A DNA stretch of 64,000 nt from Octopus vulgaris (lineage: Eukaryota), in contig OX597829.1 of the NCBI GenBank assembly GCA_951406725.2, positions 53,506,001 to 53,570,000 on the forward strand, given 5' to 3'. The position numbers and the translations under genes were made by a program. Below the pieces are notes generated by a model, which was not told where the DNA came from, ran no database searches, and saw only the letters and a list, made by a program, of their open reading frames with translations. Position 1 is the first letter of the stretch. The number at the start of each line of letters is the position of its first letter. Below, piece by piece: positions 52,406 to 64,000 of this stretch.

Positions 52406-52689
52406 CTATGAATGAATGAATGAATGAATGGTTGGCAGATGGGTGGAAGAGTTGGGTGAGCGAGAGACTGGGGAACGAAAAGACAGACGGACGGACAGAG
52501 GAAAGGATACTTTATTTAATTATGCTTGCGCTCCTCATCACCAAGCAGCGCATTTCGTAATATTTAAATCTATATCTGATAGAATGGAAGATGAATAATA
52601 TTGCTTTTGGATATGATTTATTGTTAATTACAATGAGAGGAAATTAAACACAAGTGTCTCCAGCAACAGAATTGATTTGCATGCCCTTT

Positions 52690-53400
52690 CCGTTTTGTAA
52701 ACACTCGCCCAAGCTGGTGCTGCTGAGAAGTTTGTGAGCGCTATAATATTGTTAGTGACATATAGTGTTTCCTTCAGAATTTGAATGCGTGTTTGAACCT
52801 CAGGAGGCTTCAAGCAAAAAACCAAATCGGCAACCTGCTGTTTGGCAACAAATAGTGTCCTCAACGCTCCTTCCGGAGGCTGATATGCTTGCGGTATAAT
52901 ATTGACAAGATCTCTAACACTTGTAACAAAGTACAATCTGCCGATGAGTAAGTACAAGGACCGAAATGTTGCATCAGCTCGTTCTTCCAGGAAACACGAA
53001 ACTGAACGCAACATCTTCACCAACAAGCAGCAACCAAATCTGGTGGATAAGCTCACCTACCTCGGGAGCAAACTCTCCCGATCTGTTGTCATTGTTGACA
53101 AAGTGACTGCTAGGCTCACAAAGGCAGGTACTGCCATTGGCAGCCACTACAAGAACGTGTGGAACAGATGAGAGATAGAGATCCAGATGTACCAGACGTT
53201 ATTTCTTCTTATCATGCTGTTCTGTGACTGTGAAGCATGCAGTGTCTCAGCAATGGTTTGGAGGTAAGCTGAACCACTTCCATACCAACTACACCAGAAA
53301 AACTTCTGGCATTAAGTAGCAAGACAGGATTCTTGATACAGAAATATCCCCCCTTGCTGAATTACCCTGCTTAGACATCCACATAATTCTGATGCAGTGA
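52690..53400 (+). pseudogene. RTE-BovB RT remnant
   Basis: NLRRLQAKTK...VDKLTYLGSKLS...ARLTKAGTA...VWNR...KLNHFH. Confidence 0.75.
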
Positions 53401-54850
53401 GTTCATGAAAAGCAGGTTTACAACCCTCACACTTGTTACTGAAACTGGAATGACTGTTTTAAATGTTATAGACATTTCTAATAGAATATTCCAAAGTGAC
53501 AGTCTTTCTCTGCTTCTTATTTTAGTCCTATATTTACTATTATTTCTTTTTCAAAAATCTACCAGTCATGTTCTAGGGTCTACAACAGCAAGAAACACTA
53601 CTGTAACCCATAATTTCTCTTTTGGATGATCGGAAGATCTATGCTCAAAATGCTTACAAATACTGACAAACTGCTGAATTACGGTCACAACCTTTCAGCT
53701 GTTATAGGTTCGGAATTTTCCACTTCCCAAACCAAATCCATATTTAAAAACTGAATACAACCAATATTTTTGCACCAATGACAGTCTTCTCTATCTGTGT
53801 CTCTCCCTTTCTCTCTTTTTATGTGTCTGTCTCCTTCTTCTTCTTCTTCTTCTCTCTCTCCCTTTCTCTCTCTCTGTTTCTCTCTTCTGTTCCACACAAT
53901 GAATGCTACAAATACCTACCAATGTATTGATGGAAATATATCACACGTAGGCGCAGGAGTGGCTGTGTGGTAAGTAGCTTGCTAACCAACCACATGGTTC
54001 CGGGTTCAGTCCCACTGCGTGGCATCTTGGGCAAGTGTCTTCTGCTATAGCCCCGGGCCGACCAATGCCTTGTGAGTGGATTTGGTAGACGGAAACTGAA
54101 AGAAGCCTGTCGTATATATGTATATATATATATGTGTGTGTATATGTTTGTGTGTCTGTGTTTGTCCCCCTAGCATTGCTTGACAACCGATGCTGGTGGT
54201 GTGTTTACGTCCCCGTCAGTTTGCGGTTCGGCAAAAGAGACCGATAGAATAAGTACTGGGCTTACAAAGAATAAGTCCCGGGGTCGATTTGCTTGACTAA
54301 AGGTGGTGCTCCAGCATGGCCGCAGTCAAATGACTGAAACAAGTAAAAGAGTAGGTATATTGTGAACAACTATTGAGCAACCAAAGAATATTAGACTAAA
54401 AACAATAGAACAGTCACAGCATTCCTCTTACTATAAGACAAGATCCCACCAGCACTGATACCAATATTTGGGATATAACCTATAGAGGAAACCCATTCCA
54501 TCAACATAAAATCCCACAAAATCCTGACATGAACAATTTCCAGAGAAAGTGATGTTAACAGATTATCTCAGAAGAAAAGAGAGAGAGAAAAAGGCTTGAA
54601 ATCAATTTAATCAGTCTTTAAATGTCATGGTGTTACTCAGATGGTACCGGCTAAACAATAGCAACAAAAGTAAATACATCAACTGCAAGTTCCTGCAGAC
54701 CAGTAGTAAATTCCTCAAGAAACATTCACTTCCTGATGACTTCCCATGTGAACCAGGAAGTGCAGAGCCAGCATACCTCAGCAAACACTTGGAACAGGAA
54801 CACTCTACAAAAGGCTGTGCATAAGAATATTTCCTGTAAACTTGGAGAGG
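53401..54850 (+). pseudogene. R4/Dong RT remnant interrupted by a SINE
   Basis: RIFQSDSLS...THN..LDDRKIYA (GIFQGDSLSP/DDxK), and SDVNRL...KGLKSI after the SINE. Confidence 0.6.
53949..54352 (+). mobile_element. SINE family A, young full-length reference copy
   Basis: A-box TGGCTGTGTGG, B-box GGTTCAGTCCC, CORE-like CTTGGGCAAGT, internal (TA)/(TG)n and tail CCAGCATGGCCGCAGTCAAATGACTGAAACAAGTAAAAGA. About 15 copies or fragments occur in the window. Confidence 0.92.
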
Positions 54851-54940
54851 ATGATAATATCCTTTTTACTAATAGGCAAATAGCCTGAAGTTTTGTGGGA
54901 AGGGGACTAGTTGATTATATCGTGCCCAGTATACAACTGG

Positions 54941-55317
54941 AGGCGCAATGGCCCAGTGGTTAGGGCAGCGGACTGGCGGTCGTAGGATCGCGGTTTCGAT
55001 TCCCAGACCGGGCGTTGTGAGTGTTTATTGAGCAAAAACACCTAAAAGCTCCACGAGGCTCCGGCAGGGATGGTGGTGATCCCTGCTGTAATCTTTCACC
55101 ACAACTTCCTCTCACTCTTTCTTCCTGTTTCTATTGTACCTGTATTTCAAAGGGCCGGCCTTGTCACTCTCTGTGTCACGCTGAATATCCCCGAGAACTA
55201 CGTTAAGGGTACACGTGTCTGTGGAGTGCTCAGCCACTTACATGTTAATTTCACGAGCAGGCTGTTCCATTGATCGGATGAACCGGAACCCTCGTCGTCG
55301 TAACCGACGGAGTGCTT
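54941..55317 (+). mobile_element. tRNA-derived SINE family C, tail 1
   Basis: Same head as 50361, with a tail shared with 14835-15155. Confidence 0.85.
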
Positions 55318-55324
55318 CCTCCTA

Positions 55325-55892
55325 TTTCATCAACACCAAAATAGTGAAAGGCAAAGATGATCTCGGTGGTATTTGAACTCGGAACACAATGCTGGAATGA
55401 ATGCCACTAAGCATTTTGTCTTGCATTAATAATGATTTTTGCCAGTTTAATGCCTTGAGGAAGAACAATAATATTGGTTTTGAATTTTGACACAATGCCA
55501 GCAATCTCTGGGGAAGCTTAAGTTGATTACATCGACCCCAGTATTTCACTGGTACTTATTTTATTGACCCCCAAAAGGATGAAAGACAAAGCTGACCATG
55601 GCGGAATTTGAACTCAGCAGCATTTTGTCTGGTGTGCTAACAATTCTGCCAGCTGGCCACCTTTATTGATGATAATATTGATTTCAAATTTTGGCACAAG
55701 GCCAGCAATTTCAGGGGAGGGAATAAGTCAATTACATTGACCCTCAATACACAACTGGTACTTAATTTATCAACCCCAAAATGATGAAACACAAAGTCAA
55801 CTTCAGCAGAATTTGAACTCAGAACGTAAAGATTGATGAAATGCCGCTAAGCATTTTGCATAATGTGCTCCGGATTCTGCCAGCTTGCCACC
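55325..55892 (-). mobile_element. Three tandem SINE family B copies
   Basis: Repeated GGATGAAAG/GAATTTGAACTC/CTGCCAGCT blocks. Confidence 0.75.
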
Positions 55893-55928
55893 TACACACA
55901 CACACAAATATATATATATATACATATA

Positions 55929-56087
55929 CAGGAGTGGCTGTGTGGTAAGTAGCTTGTTTACCGACCACATGGTTCCGGGTTCAGTCCCACTGCGTAGCAC
56001 CTTGGGCAAGTGTCTTCTACTATAGCCTCAGGCTGACCAAAGCCTTGTGAGTGGATTTGGTAGACGGAATCTGAAAGAAGCCTGTCG

Positions 56088-56120
<33 letters not shown>

Positions 56121-56369
56121 TTAGAGACAAAACCACTATTTTGCAAATCAAACAAGGAAAGACTTAATCAATACATAAAAAAATTTTAATATAAAATTTA
56201 ATATTAAAATTTTTTTATGTATTGATTAATTCTTTCCTTGTTTGATTTACAAAATAGTGGTTTTGTCTCTAATTAATATTATATAATATTTTACTATAAA
56301 ATTGGATTCAATCCTAAATCTGATTTTTCCCTGTAAATTTGGATTTATTCCCTAATATTTATTATTATT

Positions 56370-56406
<37 letters not shown>

Positions 56407-56600
56407 GTGTTTGTGTGTTTGTCCCCCTAGCATTGCTTGACAACCGATGCTGGTGTGTCACTTAGCAGTTCGGCAAAAGTGACCGATAGAATAAGTACTA
56501 GGCTTACAAAGAATAAGTCCCACGGTCGATTTGCTCAACTAAAGGCGGTGCTCCAGCATGGCAGCAGCCATATGACTGAAACAAGTAAAAGAGTAAAGAG
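55929..56600 (+). mobile_element. SINE family A split by a palindromic insert in its internal (TA)n
   Basis: 5' half 55929-56090, 3' half 56410-56600, insert 56108-56370 with arms 56108-56192 and 56201-56285. Confidence 0.85.
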
Positions 56601-56610
56601 TATGTATATA

Positions 56611-56789
56611 TTATGCTTGTTTGCATATAAATGGAAATGATTGGAGAGGTTCATCTTCTCCTAAGATTATCATCATCATCATCGTAAAATGGACGCTAAA
56701 CGATGATGATGATGATGATGATGATGATGATAATCTTAGGAGAAGATGAACCTCTCCAATCATTTCCATTTATATGCAAACAAGCATAA
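56611..56789. repeat. Inverted duplication centred on an RTE tail stub
   Basis: 56611-56685 is the reverse complement of 56700-56789 apart from (GAT)n length; the centre reads AAAATGGACGCTAAACGATGAT. Confidence 0.9.
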
Positions 56790-57842
56790 AAATTAAATGT
56801 ACAAGTTATATTCATAAAGAAATAATAAATGTTAATAGGGACTTGGAGGGGGCAACTAAAGGAACTGTTCTGAACCTCTCTGCATTGACACTGCTAAAGA
56901 ACTTTGGTTTATAATTGCTTACATCAAGGCATCAAGAATATTTTGTTTTATTTACAATAGAATTATGAAAATATGAAATACCATAGCATTTTTATGGTAA
57001 CATTAGTGACATGTGATATTCCACTGCATTCATTAAGTTCTCTGCTAGATGTCAGAAATAGTTTACTGTCAACTATCTATAGAAGTAGGCCTTTGGTAGC
57101 TGCTATGCATCATTTCACTGGAAGTACACTTCCATTTGTGTTTTTACACAACCAGCCTGTACATGTGAGTTGTGTTTACATAATCTATAATATACATCTG
57201 TCCGTCCGTCTGTCTGTTTGCCTTCCTGCCTGCCTGCTTTCCTGCCTGCCTACCTGCCAGCCAGCCTGCCTGCCTGCCTGACACCAGACCGTCTGCGGGG
57301 CAGCCAGCCTGCCTGATTGCCTGACACCAGACCGCCTGCCAACATGCTGCCTTTCTTGCCTGCTTGTTCATACTATTTCACTCACCAATATTGAACATCT
57401 TTCGCTTTATTGCATTTTACACAAATATTAAACTTATATCCAGAATACCAGTGTGTGTGTGTGTGTATGCATATATTTGAATGTATATGTGTGTGTATGA
57501 ATGTAAGTGTAAGCAGCTCTGTTACACATACTTAACATAGATGTGTTGGTAAAACTCCAGGAGTTGTGGGTCTTTTTGTCCAGAAAAATCCCTCTAAAGA
57601 CATATAGTGTTAAAAATATGATATACTTCAGAGATAGGTGAAAGAGAATCCCCCCCCCCAGAAGTGATTATGAGAGCAGCAGATATGGTATTTCACCAAA
57701 TTAAGGGCTTATCATGCCTCACACTTGCTTCACTTTCAAAAGAAAATCAGGATCACTTGTCTGATAGTGTATAAATTATTCCCTGATTTGCAATGGGACT
57801 ACATAGGTAGGATAAATTCTATGCAATTGATGTATAGCTCTG

Positions 57843-58670
57843 TATGGTGGTATCAAAAAGTTCCCGGACTAGTTCTGTAGCGCACCACCAGATGGCAGCA
57901 CATGGTTGCTGAGTGACAACCCTGCATTTACTATGCAACTTGTGAAATTTTTATTTTTGTGACGTGTAAGCTGTAGTCTGTGATTTTGTCATAGACAGGA
58001 ACAAAGCGCCAGTGTGTAATTTTGTGTTAAACTTGGGAACTCATGCTTTGGTAAGCTTATGGAGATGAGGCAATAGGTCGTACACAATGTTTCAAATGGC
58101 ATGAGTGCTTCAAAAGACACAGCATGCTCATTGTTTTTTTTGTTTTTTTTGATATCCTTGGTATCATTTATTAAGAGTTTGTACCCCGGGGTTGGACTGT
58201 CAATTGAGAGTTCTACTGTGATGTTTTGAAGCATTTGAGGAAGGATGTTTGGTGAAGGTGACCAGAACTGTGGAGCACAAAGAATTGGTTTCTTCACAAT
58301 AACAATGCACCTGATCACCAAACTCTCCTTATTTGTGAGTTTCTCAATAAATACAACATGGCATCACTTCCTCACCTGCCCTATTCACCAGATTTAGCAC
58401 CTGCAGACTTCTATCACTTCCCCAAGATGAAAATACAACTCAAAGGTTGCCATTCTAACACCATTGTCAAGATCAAGAGTTAATCACAGAAGGTCCTCAA
58501 CTTGCTTTCGGAAAACGACTTCCAGGCCAGATTCCAAAAGTGGCAGGAACATTGGAACTGGTGTTTTGCTGTGCAAGGTGACTATTTTGAACAAGATGGC
58601 ATGAAAACTTAATTAAATAAGTTGTTTTTTATAAACATACTAACGCAGGAACTTTTTGATGCCACCTTGT
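57843..58670 (+). mobile_element. Internally deleted mariner
   Basis: TIRs GGTGGTATCAAAAAGTTCC / GGAACTTTTTGATGCCACC. Motifs include FCVKLG, WFLHNNNAP and PYSPDLAPADF. Confidence 0.85.
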
Positions 58671-58989
58671 TGTAAACATATATGCAGGTGGCACGTAAAA
58701 AGCACCATTCGAGCGAGGTTGTTGCCAGTACCGCCAGACTGGCCCTGGTGCCGGTGGCACATAAAAGCACCCACTACATTTTGAGTGGTTGGCATTAGGA
58801 AGGGCATCCAGCAGTAGAAACTCTGCCAGATCAAGTTTGGAGCCTGGTGCAGCCATCTGGTTCGCCAGCCCGCAGTCAAACCGTCCAATCCATGCTAGCA
58901 CTGAAAGCAGACATTAAACGATGATGATGATGATGATGATGTGCATGTATTTGTGCTCCACTTGATGGTTTTCTTCCTATGTAGATAAG

Positions 58990-59200
58990 AAGAAAACCAC
59001 TTAGTTAGCAAGCCATACCTTGAACCTGGAGGCCAACAGTACCCCACAAACAATCAAGTGGAGTATTGTAGAACAAATCCACGCTGTACATTAATGAGTT
59101 GAAGAGGTGCAAGCTCTGTATATTTGAAAGAATGTATGTCTTTTTTAAATCTAGAAAATTCTACCAACATAGTTTTTCACTAAATGTAAGTATCTGGATA
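58990..59200 (+). pseudogene. PLE GIY-YIG C-terminal fragment
   Basis: PQTIKWSIVE...KRCKLCIFE. Confidence 0.6.
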
Positions 59201-59439
59201 AGTTTCTATTGTCGAACTGGAAAACACCACTCTCTCCAGGTCAAGCATGCAATCTTACTATCTTAAACCTTTTCCCATTGAATTAATTACACCAAACATT
59301 GTTAATTCCCATTCAGATGGGTCAAAGGACACAACTATTGTTGCCCTTTCTGCCATGCTTTTTTTCCTTATTCCCTTTTTTCATTTACTTTTGCCTCTCC
59401 TTCTTTCACTTTTTCTTAGAGAGCAGCATTGTCGTATTT

Positions 59440-59792
59440 TGAGTGAATCACCAGCCATCTTGGTCCTTTGTCATCTCTCCTGTAAAGATTAGCATTTTTC
59501 TTCAATACTTTGTCCCATGTCTTCCTGGGTCTCTCTCTTCAACAAGTTCCATCCAGTTTAAGCAACCAGCCCTTCTTTATGCAACTGTTCTTATCCATCT
59601 GCATCACATCTCCAAATCAGTGCAGTCTTCTCTCCTCACACGACATCTGATTCCTCTTATGCCCAATTTTTCTCTCATTTCTCTGGCATTTTGCCATTCA
59701 TGTAGACTGACATAACACATTTTAGTGGGAAATGCTATCTCCATTCCTTTCCAGTCTTGCATGTCCTCTGCATTCAGGGCTCATGTCTCACA
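59440..59792 (-). pseudogene. RTE RT C-terminal remnant
   Basis: ET*ALNAEDMQ...LGIRGIR...RPRKTWDKVL. Confidence 0.65.
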
Positions 59793-60446
59793 CCTCCCAC
59801 TTTGTTCCTCACTATATTCACCTTCATCTCCAACTCTAGCCTTCTGTTACTTCCCCTCACACACTTATGAACCTACCCCATCTCCCCCACTGTCTACATC
59901 CATTCTTATACTCACCTTCTTGTATCTTGAAATAGTCTGGCATCTCATTACCACCATCTCCACCTTCTTTTCAGTTGGTTAGCCATGTATCTCCTCTATA
60001 GCAAGACACCTTGCTATAGATATCCTGTGCTTTTTTGCCTCTGAACACTTGGTACAAAATCATCACCCACACCCTCTTAAATACTCCTCTTTCATTTAAT
60101 TGAGGGGTTTTGTTCTTTTACTGGTTCTCTTGTATCTTTAGTTATCTGCTGATCCTACTGGTGCCAGTGCCATGCAAAAAGTACCCAGTCCGCACTATAA
60201 AATGGTTGGTGTTAAGAAAGGCATCTAACCACAGAAACCATGCCAAAATGGACATGAAATCTGGGCAGCTCTACAGCTGGCCAGCTCCTGTTAAACTGTC
60301 CAACCCATGCCAGCATGGAAAACGGATGTTAAATGATGATGATGATGGTGATGATGATGATGATGATATATATATAATCAGGTATTCTGAGAAACTAGTC
60401 AGAGAAATACTCATCATATTAAAAGAAAATCGCACAGAGGTACATA

Positions 60447-60700
60447 CAGGGGTTGGACAAAAGAATGGAAACGCCTTAAAATTTCAAACAAATTTATTTT
60501 AATATGGAGTAGGATCACCTTTCGCAGTAATTACAGCTTGAATTCTACGAGGACTTGTACAAAGTTTGAATTGTTTCCAAGGGAATTTTTGTCCATTCTT
60601 CAGCTAAAGCAGTCTCCAGTTCTTGTAGTGATGATGGTGGAGGATATCAACTCCTTACTTGATTTTCTAAAATGCACCATAAATGTTCAATAATATCGAG
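60447..60700 (-). mobile_element. Tc1-like transposon 3' end
   Basis: TA-CAGGGGTTGGACAAAAGAATGGAAAC TIR; the minus frame reads IIEHLWCILENQV...LQELETALAEEWTKIP. Confidence 0.8.
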
Positions 60701-60999
60701 AATTGTGAGGCAATCACAATTGGGTTGATGTTCTTTATTACTCTAGGCACAAGGCCTGAAATTTTTGGGTGGGGGTTCAGATGATTTGATCAACCCCAGT
60801 ACGCAACTGAAACCTAATTTATCGACTCCGAAAGGATGAAAGGCAAAGTCGACCTTGGTAGTATTTGAACTCAGAACATATAGACAGACAAAATATCACT
60901 AAGCCTTTCGCCTGATGTGCTAATGTTTCTGCCAGCTCACTGCCTTACGATTGGGGTAACATTGTTTGTTTTATGGGAGAGAGAACAAAAGTCATGAAG

Positions 61000-61650
61000 A
61001 GCTTAGATACCAGAAGTGAGTGTCTTCTCCGAAATTGGATAAAATAAGAACATTTGAGGTGACTTGATGAGGAACTTACAGCTCTTAAATCAAGGCTGAA
61101 GATTTTCAATCATATCTATTATTGTAAGTATTGGGCTGTATCACAACTGTTTGTATAAAGACCTCATAATGCTGGGGTTCTCCAAGAAAAAAAAAACAAT
61201 GTAAATTGATTTGCATTCTCCGAATATGATTAGTGGTGCAGTGAAGATTTGTAAAACATTCCAAGGATTTTCCTTTTGAGTTTCCAGGAATGAATATATG
61301 TGCACATAACATGGACAAACTCACATTTGCAAGCTGGAATGAAGCATTGGATTGGATTGCCCATGCTCAGTGCATTGTGGGACAAGGGCCTCAGCATGTT
61401 CTCTTTACTAAACACGGTCCTGGGGGGTGAAGGCTGTGAATTTGAGCTTGAGATGATACTGAATGTGCACTTGCATAAGGACATGCACTTAGATATTTGC
61501 ACACACACTTATTCATTCACATATTCACCAATCCCAGGAATTGTCTTGACACAAACAAAAGAGCCTTATCATTTTGTGGCCCCTGTAGATATATGCCTTA
61601 ACTTGGTATATATATCTGATGTAGCTGGCTGTAGTGAGTGTGGTGAAATG
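61000..61650 (-). pseudogene. Possible L1/Tx1 RT remnant
   Basis: Weak KILGMF and flanking motifs only. Confidence 0.25.
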
Positions 61651-61760
61651 GGGTGCTATTGAGACATTCGGAATTTTTAACATTAACAAAACCCATTCCC
61701 CTACAGAACTGGCAGAAAACTGATTTCTCCCGAGAGAGGGGGAGGGGAGAAAAGGAGGGA

Positions 61761-61807
<47 letters not shown>

Positions 61808-62114
61808 AGGGAAAAAGACAAACAAAGATAAAGAGAAGAATTTACTCCAGTTCAGGGTCAGTAATTTATTGACCATAAAAGGATAAAAGGTAAAATTGAC
61901 CTTTGTGGCATTTATTATACTCAGGTGGCAGAAAGCCAAAATGAATACTGCAAGGTAATCAATCTGATGTTTTAACAATTACTAATTGGCAAGCTTATTA
62001 ATTATTTTCATCTTTACATTCACACATGCTTGCATCCCTCAATCCGTTCAACCAGATGGCCAGTCAGGCCAACCATATATACATGCATGCAAGCATGCAA
62101 ACATGCCTACAGGT

Positions 62115-62678
62115 ATCATCATCATCATCATCATCATTTAACATCCGTTTTCCATGCTAGCATGGGTTGGACAGTTTGACCGGGGTCTGGTAAACCATGG
62201 AGGCTGCACCAGGCTCAAGTTTGATTTGGTAGTGTTTCTACAGCTGGATACCCTTCCTAACGCCAACCACTCCGTGAGTGTAGTGGGTATTTTTTATGTG
62301 CCACCGGCACAGGAGCCAAAGCAGGCTGGCAAACGGCCCTGATCGGTTGGTGCTTTTATGTGTCACCGGCACGGACACCAGTCAGGCGACACTAGTAACT
62401 GCCATGCTCGAACGGTGCTTTTACGTGTCACCAGCACTGGTGTTTTAATATATATATACTCTTTTACTGGTTTCAGTTATTTGACAGTGGCCATGCTGGA
62501 GCACTGCCTTTAGTTGAGCAAATCAATCCCAGGACTTATTCTTTGTAAGCCTAGTACTTATTCTATCAGCCTCTTTGCCAAACCGCTAAGTTTTGGTGAT
62601 GTAAACACACCAGCATCAGTTGTCAAGCGATGTTGGGTGGGACAAACAAAGACACACAAACATATACACATACATATA

Positions 62679-62734
<56 letters not shown>

Positions 62735-62872
62735 CACGATGGGTTTCTTTCAGTTTCCATCTACCAAATCCACTCACAAGGCTTTGGTTGGCCTGAGGCT
62801 ATAGTAGAAGACACTTGCCTCTGGTGCCACACAGTGGGACTGAACCCAGAACCATGTGGTTCATAAGCAAGC
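62115..62872 (-). mobile_element. RTE 3' UTR copy (62115-62445) and SINE family A copy (62460-62872)
   Basis: Reverse-complement matches to the reference copies. Confidence 0.85.
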
Positions 62873-62899
62873 TATATATATATATATATATATATACAT

Positions 62900-63195
62900 A
62901 CAACTATTTCGTTTTTGTATTTGGTTTGCAAGATTCTTTATGTGAATTCGTGCGTTGCATATTTTATTGTGTCTGGGGAGAACCATTTCTTTTAGTGCTT
63001 TATTATTTAACACACACACCAGTTCAATTTCCACTCATTTACTTATCTATGTTTTTCTAAAATTTTTGTTGCATCTTGCAGCCTCTTCAAAATAAATAAG
63101 TAAATGAGTAGAAATCGAACCCGTGTGTGTGTGTGTGTGTTAACTAAAAAGGCACTAAAAGAGAATGACTCTCCCCAGACACAGCAATATAAATA
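62900..63195. mobile_element. Fold-back pLTR-like element with a decayed hammerhead at the turn
   Basis: Arms about 62960-63046 and 63092-63195. The spacer on the minus strand reads TTGAAGA-G-GCTGCA-AGA-TGCAAC-AAAA-ATTT-TAG; same family as 13200-13500. Confidence 0.75.
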
Positions 63196-63479
63196 TATAT
63201 ATATATATTATAAATATAGTTTTGATTACAGAGGACCCCTGAATAAGCCAGGCATATTAAAATGAAGTGTGCTGTAGATTGGCCAGACAGAATGACACGA
63301 ACCAGATAGTTAATCCATTACCATAGCACACAATGCAGTGGTGATATGATGTATGTGTGTGGGGGGTTATAAACACACACACATACATACATACATATAT
63401 ATATACACACACACATACATATATAGTACATATGTGTGTATGTGTATGTGTGTGTGTGCGCGTGTGCGCACCAAAGCAT

Positions 63480-63666
63480 GCCTCGCCAGTGCTGGTGCCA
63501 CATAAAGACCACCCAGCCCACTCTGTAAAGTGGTTGATTTTAGGAAGAGCATCCAGCTGCAGAAACCTTGCCAAAGCAGACAGAGGATCTTGGTGCAGTC
63601 CTCTATCTTGCCAGTTTCTGTCAAACCCATACCAATATAGAAAATGGATGTTAAGTGATGATGAAA

Positions 63667-63708
<42 letters not shown>

Positions 63709-64000
63709 TTATCATCATTTAACATCTGTTGTCCATGATGGCATGGGTTGGATGGTTTGGCTGGGCTGGCACACTGGAAGGCTGCACCAGACTCAAATCT
63801 GATTTGGCATGGTTTGCTATGGCTGGATGCCCTTCCTAATGCCAACCGCTCCGAGTGTGTAATGGGTGCTTTTACATGCCACTGGTGTGGGTGTCATTTG
63901 CATGACACCAGTATCTGCCATGATTGCGATTCTAATTGACTTGGTGGATCTTTTCAAGCAAGACATTATGAGAAAAGTCTCAGTCATTCGTCATTGCCTC
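63480..64000. mobile_element. Two RTE tail copies, tail-to-tail around (TA)n
   Basis: 63480-63665 (+) and 63706-64000 (-). Confidence 0.75.

Noticed and set aside
54190-54258. HDV-like pseudoknot in SINE family A (ACGTCCCCGT...TAAGTAC)
   Set aside because: P3 does not close properly and there is no catalytic C in the expected position.

Overview
AT-rich, microsatellite-dense animal genomic DNA that is almost entirely transposon-derived. The repeat families resemble those of Octopus; this is an inference from memory, not a database result. No intact host protein-coding gene can be supported, and most ORF-track entries are translations of microsatellites or SINEs. Recognisable content: (1) RTE-clade LINE remnants and about 20 short 3'-tail copies ending CCATGCTAGCATGG...(GAT)n; (2) a cluster of R4/Dong LINE 3' ends in (TAA)n arrays at 29-35 kb; (3) CR1 and L1/Tx1 remnants; (4) several modular tRNA-derived SINE families; (5) three mariner relics, a Tc1 end and a decayed Academ transposon; (6) many Penelope-like element (PLE) remnants (RT, GIY-YIG, pLTR). 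The most notable signals are a set of minimal type-I hammerhead ribozyme motifs whose core 3-8 pair co-varies (C3-G8, G3-C8, U3-A8), a tRNA-headed SINE carrying a hammerhead, about ten long fold-back palindromes mostly embedded in (TA)n, a PHD-type C4HC3 finger inserted in the RTE reverse transcriptase, and a CpG-rich candidate promoter near 52.3 kb. All folding and translation was done by eye, so boundaries are approximate.
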